Both the position numbers and the translations under genes were made by a program. A DNA stretch of 63,692 nt, filler included, from a candidate division TA06 bacterium SM23_40 (lineage in GTDB: Bacteria; LJUI01; SM1-40): NCBI GenBank assembly GCA_001303705.1. It is 6 parts of 6 records of this genome, joined end to end, with 100 filler letters (N's around TTAATTAATTAA, not from the genome) between each part and the next. Parts side by side here need not be neighbours in the genome. Positions count along the whole stretch, not along the records: positions 51,907 to 58,270 come from LJUI01000185.1; positions 58,371 to 63,692 come from LJUI01000186.1; 4 more parts are not named here. One strand, written 5' to 3'. This document shows, piece by piece, positions 56,067-63,692 of the stretch. The notes under the pieces are model-generated. The model was not told where the DNA came from, ran no database searches, and worked only from the letters and a program-made list of their open reading frames with translations. Positions within the stretch are counted from its first letter, which is position 1, and each line of letters opens with the position of its first letter.

Positions 56067-57824
56067 TTGAAGAGAGCATGTCTGGCATTGTTGATATCCC
56101 TCATAGGATTCACCTTAGCGTTCGCTCAGCAGAAGGACGAGGTGCGAGCCGAACTGGATCGTGCCCGGAGGCTGGAGCGGCTGAACAGATACGAGGAGGC
56201 CCTCAGGATCCACAAGCGTCTTTTTAGCGCGGACCCGGGCAACTCTCAAGCAGTTGACGGAATCGAGCGCGACCTTCTGCAACTGAAGAGATACACGGAA
56301 CTGATCGACTTTCTTCAAGAACTCCTCAAAGAGCACCCCACTGATCGGCCCCTATTGGAGAAGCTGGGAAATGCTCTCTATAGATCCGACCAGAAGGAAG
56401 AGGCCGAGGTCACGTGGAGCCGAATCATCGAAGGTGAGCCTCATGATGAGGGTTCATATGCGGGCGTCGCCAGGCAGTACCTGCATAACGGTCTCATCGA
56501 CAAAACCGTTGATACATATCTTGAGGGTAGAAAGAGGTTGGATCAACCGTCTCTCTTTGCCAGAGAGCTCGCACGGCTCTACTCCTCTCAGATGGAGTTT
56601 GAAGAGGCGACCAGGGAGTACGTCCGCCTTCTCGAAGCGAATCCCAAACAGTACTCATATGTCGAGAACATGATCGGCCAGTTCAAACGTGCCGACACCA
56701 TTGACGATGCGGTCGCAGCGGTGTTGGAGGAGGCGGTAGAGAGCCATCCAGACGATTCTCATTTTAGAAGGTTGTTGGGAAACCACTACTTTCGGACGGC
56801 GCAACCGGAGCGGGCGTATGAGCAATACGTCAAGGTTGAGGAGGCCGAACGGAGCAACGGCGGCACCCTTTTTGACTTTGCAGAGGGCGCATACCGCGAG
56901 GGATTCTATTCCACGGCATTGACAGCGTATCGCCACATCTTGGAACTGTACCCGACGTCTCCTCTCGGGCCAAAGATCATGCAGGGGATCGGGCGCTCTC
57001 TCGCAAAGGTGGGCCGATTCGAGGATGCGATATCGGCGTTCCGATCTCTCGCTTCCCTTTATCCAACCTCGAAGGAGAAGGAAAGCGCTCTCTTCGAGAT
57101 CGGTGAGATCCAACTGCTCGAGCTGGGGCAGGTGGACTCGGCCCTGAGTGCCTTCGGCGATCTTGTCGATGGCCGAAAGCGCGGTCGTCACTATTTTGAC
57201 GCCATGTTTCGCATCGGCGAGTGCCTTGTTGTGAAGGGCGACCTTGACGGTGCGAAGCAGGAGTACGAAGAGGTCCGAAAACAGGCCAGGGAGTTGCCGG
57301 AGATTGGTGATGAGGCCACTTTTCGGATCGGGGAGGTAGACTACTTCCGCGGAGACTTCGACGGAGCACTCAGCGAGTTGGAGAGACTGGCGAAAGCGGA
57401 TCCCAAGGGAGCGTATGTCAACGACGCCTTGAGCCTCATCGTCTTCATCGAAGAGAATCGAGTGATGGGCGACGATGCACTTCGCGCATTTGCCACCGCA
57501 GCCCTTCTGGAACGCCAGAAGAGTCACTCTGAGGCGATCGAGGCCTATCAGCGAATACGGACGCACTATTCGTACTCCTTTCTGGGCGACGATGCCTTGC
57601 TCAAGATTGGGGCTCTCCAGAGCGAACAGGGTCAGTTTGAAGTGGCCATTGAGACGTATCAACAGCTTCTGTCCACATATCCCTCGAGCGATCTGAGCGA
57701 CGAGGCTCAGCGCCGCGTCGGCGAAGCGTACGAGGTTGGACTGCATGATCTCCCGAAGGCAATCGAGGCCTATGAGGAAATCCTCTCCAAGTATCCCGAC
57801 AGCAGGTTCGACAATTGCAGGTGA
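56067..57824 (+). CDS. Exported multi-TPR protein (C-terminus possibly misassembled)
   Basis: TTG start after GGGGAG, signal peptide AFA-Q and numerous TPR repeats. Confidence 0.85.
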   Translation: MKRACLALLISLIGFTLAFAQQKDEVRAELDRARRLERLNRYEEALRIHKRLFSADPGNSQAVDGIERDLLQLKRYTELIDFLQELLKEHPTDRPLLEKLGNALYRSDQKEEAEVTWSRIIEGEPHDEGSYAGVARQYLHNGLIDKTVDTYLEGRKRLDQPSLFARELARLYSSQMEFEEATREYVRLLEANPKQYSYVENMIGQFKRADTIDDAVAAVLEEAVESHPDDSHFRRLLGNHYFRTAQPERAYEQYVKVEEAERSNGGTLFDFAEGAYREGFYSTALTAYRHILELYPTSPLGPKIMQGIGRSLAKVGRFEDAISAFRSLASLYPTSKEKESALFEIGEIQLLELGQVDSALSAFGDLVDGRKRGRHYFDAMFRIGECLVVKGDLDGAKQEYEEVRKQARELPEIGDEATFRIGEVDYFRGDFDGALSELERLAKADPKGAYVNDALSLIVFIEENRVMGDDALRAFATAALLERQKSHSEAIEAYQRIRTHYSYSFLGDDALLKIGALQSEQGQFEVAIETYQQLLSTYPSSDLSDEAQRRVGEAYEVGLHDLPKAIEAYEEILSKYPDSRFDNCR

Positions 57825-58270
57825 AGGTTGGTGCTGCAGGGTAGGGTCCGCTCTCTGCGCTGTGCGGATTTCCACATTTCGATATTTTCCGGCTGACATT
57901 CCTGCAACGTTTTCGCAGTGTGCGAGAAACAGTCTTACGTCGCTTGATCTTCCGTCTGCCACGAATGATGAGAAAGAAGCCGCATTCTACACTCTGAGCG
58001 GTCCACGGAGGTTGCTGTCTCGGGCAGGTCGCGACCCCTCACATCTGTCATGGAGAGTGCGATTCGGGAAAGTCTTCTCTTCAAACCTCTCGAGGAGGAG
58101 AGGGTTCGGTGCAACATCTGCCTGAGGCGGTGTACGATCGCACAGGGAGAGCGCGGCTTCTGCGGTACGAGGCTCAGCGCCGCGTCGGCGAAGCGTACGA
58201 GGTTGGACTGCATGATCTCCCGAAGGCAATCGAGGCCTATGAGGAAATCCTCTCCAAGTATCCCGACAGC
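57700..58270 (+). repeat. 104-bp exact direct repeat (57700-57803 and 58167-58270)
   Basis: ACGAGGCTCAG...TATCCCGACAGC appears twice; the second copy ends exactly at the contig end. Confidence 0.92.
58050..58166 (+). CDS. N-terminal fragment of an AmmeMemoRadiSam-type radical SAM enzyme, cut by a chimeric junction
   Basis: RESLLFKPLEEERVRCNICLRRCTIAQGERGFCGTR matches the CxxCxxxC...G.RG.CG.R N-terminal motif of this family. Confidence 0.7.
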
Positions 58271-58370
58271 NNNNNNNNNNNNNNNNNNNNNNNNNNNNNN
58301 NNNNNNNNNNNNNNTTAATTAATTAANNNNNNNNNNNNNNNNNNNNNNNNNNNNNNNNNNNNNNNNNNNN
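58271..58370. other. Artificial contig linker
   Basis: N-run/TTAATTAATTAA/N-run. Confidence 0.99.
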
Positions 58371-59072
58371 CGCAGTCTGCTTCATGTTGCGCAGCGCCTG
58401 TTCACCGATGAGGCTGCGCGTCTCTTCAGTGAGCGGCGCCGCCAGCACCACGAAGTCGGCACACTTCAGTAGGTCATCGAGTCGCTCTGTCGGCCAGATC
58501 TCCACACCCGGAAACGAATTGCGCGACGGGTGCCTCCTCACCGCAACGATCCGCATATGAAAGGCCGCGGCGATACGGGCAATCTCCTGGCCGATCTGGC
58601 CGAAGCCGACGATACCGATCGTCTGGCCGGAGAGCTCTCGGGTGGCGCCATGGGTGCGCCAGATCGCCTCCCGCCCCCACTCACCCTTCACCTGGAACCG
58701 AAAGCAATCCCACAGCCTCCGCACGAAACAGAGCATGACGCCGAATACGTGCTCGGCGATCGGCACGGCGTGAACGCCGCGAGAGTTCGTGACGAGGATG
58801 TCGGTCGCCAGGAGTTCGGGGGAGAGCATTCTGCCCACGCCGGCAGCCGGCGAATGTATCCAGCGCAGGCGGTTCGCGCGCTCGAGGAGTTCGGGCCTCA
58901 TGCGCCAGGTCATCAGAACATCGGCGTCAGCCAGCTCTGCCTCGATGCCCTCATCGTTCTTCACAGAGACAAATCGGACATCGGGAAAGGCCGCCTTAAG
59001 GATCCCGAGGTGCTCATCCGGGTAATTCCAGAGTTCGAACTGATGATAGACCGCGATCACGACCTTCTGCAA
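58371..59072 (-). CDS. D-2-hydroxyacid dehydrogenase family protein, 3'-truncated
   Basis: LRWIHSPAAGV, VTNSRGVHA.PIAEH, GIVGFGQIG and APLTEETRSLI. Confidence 0.92.
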
Positions 59073-59081
59073 CGCCGCACC

Positions 59082-61097
59082 TCACTCCCCTGCGTCACCG
59101 TCCTCAACTGGCTGACGGAGATCGACGAGCCCGAGCCCTCCGAGCAGCTCGGCGTAGGTGGCGACGAATTCCGGGTAGCGCGAACCGGTCTCCATCTCTA
59201 TGAGATCGACGATCTCGGACAGCCGACGCCGTCCATCAGCCCAGTACAAGAGCAGCGATCTGAGTGTCCCGACCTTGCCCTTGTGCTGCGAGCGAAGCCG
59301 CTGCCACGTCCGGCGCTCCTCTCCCGAGAGATCCCCGAAATGGTCCGCCACATCGACCGGCCCCGGCGTCTTCCGCTCGATGATCCAGTCGTGCTCCGCG
59401 GGGATAGAGCATTCGCTCTCCTCCTCCTCCGGCTCGTCGGGCGGCAGGCCTGCGAGTATATGTCTCGTCCTTCTCCGTTCCACGACCGAGAATGCGTTTA
59501 TCTCCTCGGCGTAGTCATCGATAGAGATATCTTCCAGGCGCCGCAGTGTCTCGAGGGCAGCTCTGCCACGCTCGTTGAGATAGTCCACCTTGCGCTCCAC
59601 GAGCGAGGCGAGGGTCACGCTGCATCGGCCGGAGGCGAAGGCCCGGGAGACGAACTCTTGCAGCAGGGCAACGAGACGGCGCTTGTGGCGCGCGACGTAC
59701 TCGAGTGCCAGCCATCGCACCTCCTCCTCTCCGGCGTGGGCCAGGAAGAAGGCATAGGTACTGCCGAGCATTCCCACGCGCTTGAGCACGTCGGCGTCGA
59801 CCTTGTCGATCGTATCCTGGTCTGTATGATAGTAACGATCCGGCCACTGGATGATCATCGGACTGGGAATGCCCACGAGAGGATCGGAGAGTATCGCGTG
59901 GTCGCTGCCTCCGGAGAATCCCGTTGAGGTCTCGCGATAGAGCGGCAGCTCCGGCTGGCCGGAGAAGGATGGCGCCCTGTCCAGGCGGTCCCGTATGAAT
60001 TCGAGCAGGTCGGGAGCGTAGCTGGCTGAGACATCGGGTGGACGCTCAATGATGAAGGTGCTTCCGCACTTTGACTGATCCTGTCCCACCATATCGAGGT
60101 TGACCCCGACCACCATACGGGAGATACGATCCGGATACGTAGCCAGGTACGCGCACGTCCCCCGGATCTCGGGAACGAGGAGAAGACGGATCGAGCGCAA
60201 CGGATTCGCCAGCACACCCTGACGCACCAGCTCATTGAGCGTGAGCAGCGTTTCCAGGGCGACTGCTGCCCCTGATGCATTGTCATTCGCCGACGGCTGG
60301 GGATGGCAGAGATGGGAGATGATGACGATCTCATCCTCGGTCTGGCCGGGGATCAGCCCGGATACGACCTCCATCTGCCCATCTCGGAATCGCGTATCGA
60401 CCGACGCTCTCACGCGAGGTGGGCTCTCGCCGAGCTGTCGCCGCTCTCTGACGATATCGCGCAGCCACATGCCGTCTGCCGGCGAGATGACGAACCCGAA
60501 GCACCTGCTCTTTCCGGGCCGCCACCAGAACGACATGTACTGCCGGGCGTGCGGGAGATCGAACCTTCCCCTGACAGGGGGCGTCTCCCGCATCCCGTCG
60601 TAGATGATCCCGATCGCTCCGCGCTCCTCAACCGCCAGGTGGCGGACGATATCGAGCTGCCCCCTGGTGACAACAATCTTCCCGCTCACATCGAGGTCAC
60701 GATAGTCATCCTCGTCTTCACCGTCCTCCAGAACGACGACATCAGCCTCCGCCTCGATAGGGGCACTGTGCTGGATGAGCGAGATCTTGTTCTTGCTGAA
60801 GTCCGCGAGGGGCCGCGCCGCGTCACGGGGGGAGATCAGATCGAGCGTCGCTCCGCTCACCTCCCACTCGGGGAACAGAGGAAGCGACCAGTAGGAGATA
60901 TCTTCGGATGCGGCAAACGAAAAGATCTCGGCCTCGATGTCGGCCGCCTTGAGTCGATCGAGGCAGTAGTGTGCCGCGGCACGGAAGCCGGGGCTGGCCT
61001 GTATACGATGGTGCTGCACAAGTTCCGCGACGTGCTCCAGAGCGCGTGCCCCTGAAAACCGCTCTCTGAGGATGTCCATCAACGGTACGATCATCAT
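59082..61097 (-). CDS. M28-family peptidase with a PA domain (DUF4910-like)
   Basis: HHRIQASPG, SHLCHPQPSANDNASG, PEIRG, NLDMVG, GGSDH and YYHTDQD. Confidence 0.85.
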   Translation of the reverse strand: MMIVPLMDILRERFSGARALEHVAELVQHHRIQASPGFRAAAHYCLDRLKAADIEAEIFSFAASEDISYWSLPLFPEWEVSGATLDLISPRDAARPLADFSKNKISLIQHSAPIEAEADVVVLEDGEDEDDYRDLDVSGKIVVTRGQLDIVRHLAVEERGAIGIIYDGMRETPPVRGRFDLPHARQYMSFWWRPGKSRCFGFVISPADGMWLRDIVRERRQLGESPPRVRASVDTRFRDGQMEVVSGLIPGQTEDEIVIISHLCHPQPSANDNASGAAVALETLLTLNELVRQGVLANPLRSIRLLLVPEIRGTCAYLATYPDRISRMVVGVNLDMVGQDQSKCGSTFIIERPPDVSASYAPDLLEFIRDRLDRAPSFSGQPELPLYRETSTGFSGGSDHAILSDPLVGIPSPMIIQWPDRYYHTDQDTIDKVDADVLKRVGMLGSTYAFFLAHAGEEEVRWLALEYVARHKRRLVALLQEFVSRAFASGRCSVTLASLVERKVDYLNERGRAALETLRRLEDISIDDYAEEINAFSVVERRRTRHILAGLPPDEPEEEESECSIPAEHDWIIERKTPGPVDVADHFGDLSGEERRTWQRLRSQHKGKVGTLRSLLLYWADGRRRLSEIVDLIEMETGSRYPEFVATYAELLGGLGLVDLRQPVEDGDAGE

Positions 61098-61969
61098 CGC
61101 TCGTTCTCCCCCCTTCCGGCAAGTTCCCTGGCGACGCGCATGTTTCTCCGGTCATCTCCACGCCGGCGCAGAGGAGTCTCCATGATGCCTGGAAGATGAG
61201 AACACCCGGGATGGTGCATGATCCGACGGAATCCTGCCCGTCCTATCCTGCCGGTGCCGATGTGCCAGTGCCGATCGACCCGCGAACCGAGCCGTGCTTT
61301 CGAATCGTTGAGATGAATGAGCTGTAACGATGCCAGTCCTATGTGATCATCGAGTTCGACAAGGGTTGATTCGAGGCCCTCCTGCGTCGAGAGATCGTAG
61401 CCGCGGGCGAAAGCATGCGCAGTATCGAGACAGACGCCGACACGGGCCCTATCTGTTACCCGATCCATTATCCTCGCCAGCTCGCGAAAGGTGGAACCGA
61501 CTTCACGTCCCTGCCCGGCGGTGTTCTCCAGCAACACATAGACTCCCCTCCCCGCGCCGTCCATCCCCTCATCAAGCGCTGCCGCGACGCGCGCGAGCGC
61601 GGCATCCAGCCGCCCAGCGGCATCCAGCCGCCCATTCCCCCGGTGTCCCACGTGGCACACGACCGCCATCGCGCCGAGCGCGCCGGCCCGCGCCAGATCG
61701 CTCCGCAGCGCGTCGATCGAGAGGCGCCGCAGTCTCCCGCGCCGCGCCGCCAGGTTGGGGAGATATGGCAAGTGGACGACTACCGTCTCGATGCCCACAG
61801 CCAGGCATCGGTCCCGAAACTGCCTCACCTCCTGCTCATCGAGATCGCCGTACCGCCATGCCCGGGGGTTGCGCGTGAATATCTGCATCGCCTCACACCC
61901 GAGCGCATGGGCCCGTTCGACGGCCCTGCTCATGCCTCCCGCGATCGAAACATGGAATCCAAGCCGCAT
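61094..61969 (-). CDS. nfo: Endonuclease IV
   Basis: GFHVSIAGG, QIF, HLPYLPNL, LLENTAGQG, CLDTAH, HLNDSK, DRHWHIG and METP. Confidence 0.93.
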   Translation of the reverse strand: MRLGFHVSIAGGMSRAVERAHALGCEAMQIFTRNPRAWRYGDLDEQEVRQFRDRCLAVGIETVVVHLPYLPNLAARRGRLRRLSIDALRSDLARAGALGAMAVVCHVGHRGNGRLDAAGRLDAALARVAAALDEGMDGAGRGVYVLLENTAGQGREVGSTFRELARIMDRVTDRARVGVCLDTAHAFARGYDLSTQEGLESTLVELDDHIGLASLQLIHLNDSKARLGSRVDRHWHIGTGRIGRAGFRRIMHHPGCSHLPGIMETPLRRRGDDRRNMRVARELAGRGENER

Positions 61970-62077
61970 GGAGCATCGAATGTGGCAGCTTCGTGTCCGA
62001 GGTATTGCCGCCCACCCTCAATGAGGATACAATATCTGCTATCTTCCAGGATACGTCATCTGCTATCTCCCGCCCAT

Positions 62078-62106
62078 ATTATAGAAATCCTTCCCCCTAT
62101 CGGCAA
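62078..62106 (-). promoter_or_regulatory. sigma70-type promoter for the nfo run
   Basis: TTGCCG-17 nt-TATAAT on the minus strand. Confidence 0.6.
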
Positions 62107-62224
62107 GTGGAAAAATCTCCGCTGGGAAAATGCTTGACGTACGCGCGGTTTCCGGGATATCTACGAGAGAGGGAATCCCGGAGCCGTGCCCGATCGATCG
62201 CGGAGAGGACGAAAGGAGCGTTGT

Positions 62225-62815
62225 ATGAAGGATGTTCATACTGAAGACGCCGGTCAGTTCTACTATCATGTTCCGTGGCCAGTAGCGGTGATCGCGGTGC
62301 GCTGGGAGGGCAAGGACAATGCCATGGCAGCTGCCTGGCATGCGCCGATCTCGTTCGATCCACCGCTGTACGGAGTCTCGATCTCGCCCAAGCGCCACAC
62401 CTATGACCTTATCGACAAGGCACGCGAATTCACCGCCAACTTCCTCCCTCTCGGAGCCGCAGAAGCGATCGCCGCAGTCGGGGGAAGCACCGGGCGAGAA
62501 CTCGACAAATTCGCTGAATTCGACCTGGGACGTGACCACCCCCTGGTAGTCGGCTCACCGATCCTTTCCGCGGCGTACGCGGCGTACGAGTGCGTTCTGC
62601 ACGATGCCCGGACGTACGGAGACCACCGCTGGTTCGTCGGTCGGATCGTCGCTGTCCACTACACGTCGCGCCTTCAGGCGCCCGACGGGACGACGGACCC
62701 GCAGGCTGCAGAGCCGAGCCTCTATCTGGGAGCTGAGATGTACGCCACCGTGGCAGGCATGACTAAGCGGCATCTCGATCGAAAGGTCTATGGCGCGCGG
62801 AGGAAGACCGGGTGA
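62225..62815 (+). CDS. Flavin reductase / flavoredoxin family protein
   Basis: AAAGGAG SD; NAMAAAW, SFDPP, EFTANF, DKF and YEC...GDHRWFVGRIV. Confidence 0.88.
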   Translation: MKDVHTEDAGQFYYHVPWPVAVIAVRWEGKDNAMAAAWHAPISFDPPLYGVSISPKRHTYDLIDKAREFTANFLPLGAAEAIAAVGGSTGRELDKFAEFDLGRDHPLVVGSPILSAAYAAYECVLHDARTYGDHRWFVGRIVAVHYTSRLQAPDGTTDPQAAEPSLYLGAEMYATVAGMTKRHLDRKVYGARRKTG

Positions 62816-62850
62816 GCACGAAGGTCAACGCGGCGTGAGTGAGAGGAAAC

Positions 62851-63692
62851 ATGGACGATAGCGAGACCGGATTCGAGGAACTCTCCCTCCAGAGCATCGT
62901 CGCCGATGTCATCGACATCGAGGCGACAGAAGTCGATCCGATGTGGGTACGCGTGCGCGGGCGTCTCCGCCTGCCGGCCGAAGCGGCCATGCATCACCTG
63001 ACCACACAGCTCGGGCCCCACGGCATGCTCCCCCACCTGAGGAGCGAGGAGACGAGGGTGGTCCTGCTCATCGCTCCGGCCCGGGCTCCGGGGCGGTCGA
63101 GGCGTCTTGTAAACCTCATATTCTTCCTCCTCACGGTGGCCACGACCTTGATCGCGGGAGCGGGCGCGGCCGGGGTCAACCCGTTTGCGGATCGCTGGGG
63201 ATTTCTCGCCGGTATACCATTCTCCGCCGCCCTGCTCACCATCCTGGGAGCACACGAATTCGGACACTACCTCACCTGTCGCCGCCACCGGGTCGTGGCG
63301 ACACTGCCCTATTTCATCCCCTCGCCGTTCCCCCTGCTCGGCACCTTCGGCGCGGTGATCCGGATAAAATCGCCGATCCCCAGCCGGAGGGCCCTGCTGG
63401 AGATCGGCCTCGCGGGTCCCGTCGCCGGGCTGGTCTTCGCCGTGCCGGCCACATTCGTCGGCCTCAGGCTCTCCCAGCCCCTCGAGATCGGCGCGATCGG
63501 CGAGGGCGCCATCACGTTCGGCAACTCGCTCCTTTTCTCGTTCATGTCACACCTGGCTCTGGGAGGAATCGGTGAGGGGTACGATATCATCCTCCACCCC
63601 GTGGCGCTCGCCGGCTGGGTCGGACTCTATGTGACGGCCCTCAATCTCCTCCCCGGCGGCCAGCTCGATGGCGGCCATATCGCTTACGCGCT
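62851..63692 (+). CDS. Site-2 protease (M50) family membrane metalloprotease, runs off window end (not in ORF track)
   Basis: Manual translation from ATG 62851 gives ILGAHEFGHY, LPYFIP, GTFGAVI, IGLAGP and NLLPGGQLDGGH. Confidence 0.93.
   Translation, partial: MDDSETGFEELSLQSIVADVIDIEATEVDPMWVRVRGRLRLPAEAAMHHLTTQLGPHGMLPHLRSEETRVVLLIAPARAPGRSRRLVNLIFFLLTVATTLIAGAGAAGVNPFADRWGFLAGIPFSAALLTILGAHEFGHYLTCRRHRVVATLPYFIPSPFPLLGTFGAVIRIKSPIPSRRALLEIGLAGPVAGLVFAVPATFVGLRLSQPLEIGAIGEGAITFGNSLLFSFMSHLALGGIGEGYDIILHPVALAGWVGLYVTALNLLPGGQLDGGHIAYA

Noticed and set aside
62570-62587. 9-bp tandem GCGGCGTAC in the flavin reductase gene
   Set aside because: It encodes AAYAAY-EC at the normal spacing for the family, so it is probably ordinary coding sequence and not an insertion.

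Overview
This window is not one locus. It is six draft contigs joined by artificial 100-nt N/TTAATTAATTAA linkers (contigs 1-13616, 13717-22789, 22890-38233, 38334-51806, 51907-58270, 58371-63692), so gene adjacency across linkers carries no meaning. Gene content suggests a GC-rich diderm bacterium, probably anaerobic and protein-degrading. An FCB-like or candidate-phylum MAG/SAG is my inference, not something the sequence proves. Contig 1 holds the core tuf'-rpmG-tRNA-Trp-secE-nusG-rplKAJL-rpoBC-rpsLG-fusA' cluster. Contig 2 holds secreted proteins, a tRNA-Arg with a duplicated anticodon arm and two beta-propeller/FlgD-type CTD paralogs. Contig 3 holds a gingipain-like C25 gene, a pgsB-pgsC-pgsW poly-gamma-glutamate operon extended by three envelope genes, an NSS transporter with its MetS-type subunit, a CoA-enzyme activase and a TPR protein. 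Contig 4 holds glycerate kinase, an FG-GAP protein, the glmM-glmS-thioredoxin-like lipoprotein-selA-selB run and tRNA-Thr/Phe. Contig 5 holds DUF4175-like and TPR genes. Contig 6 holds a 2-hydroxyacid dehydrogenase, an M28/DUF4910 peptidase, nfo, a flavin reductase and an M50 protease. The most notable observations are: (1) the RpoC catalytic motif reads AADFDGD instead of NADFDGD; (2) a candidate diderm poly-gamma-glutamate export module with a beta-barrel; (3) a conserved tiny ORF that repeats the C-terminal strand of two secreted paralogs; (4) the tRNA-Arg with two anticodon arms; (5) a cluster of in-frame ambers, frameshifts and short tandem duplications, mostly in secreted-protein genes, which may be biological or assembly error. 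All family assignments come from motif recognition by eye; no searches were run.
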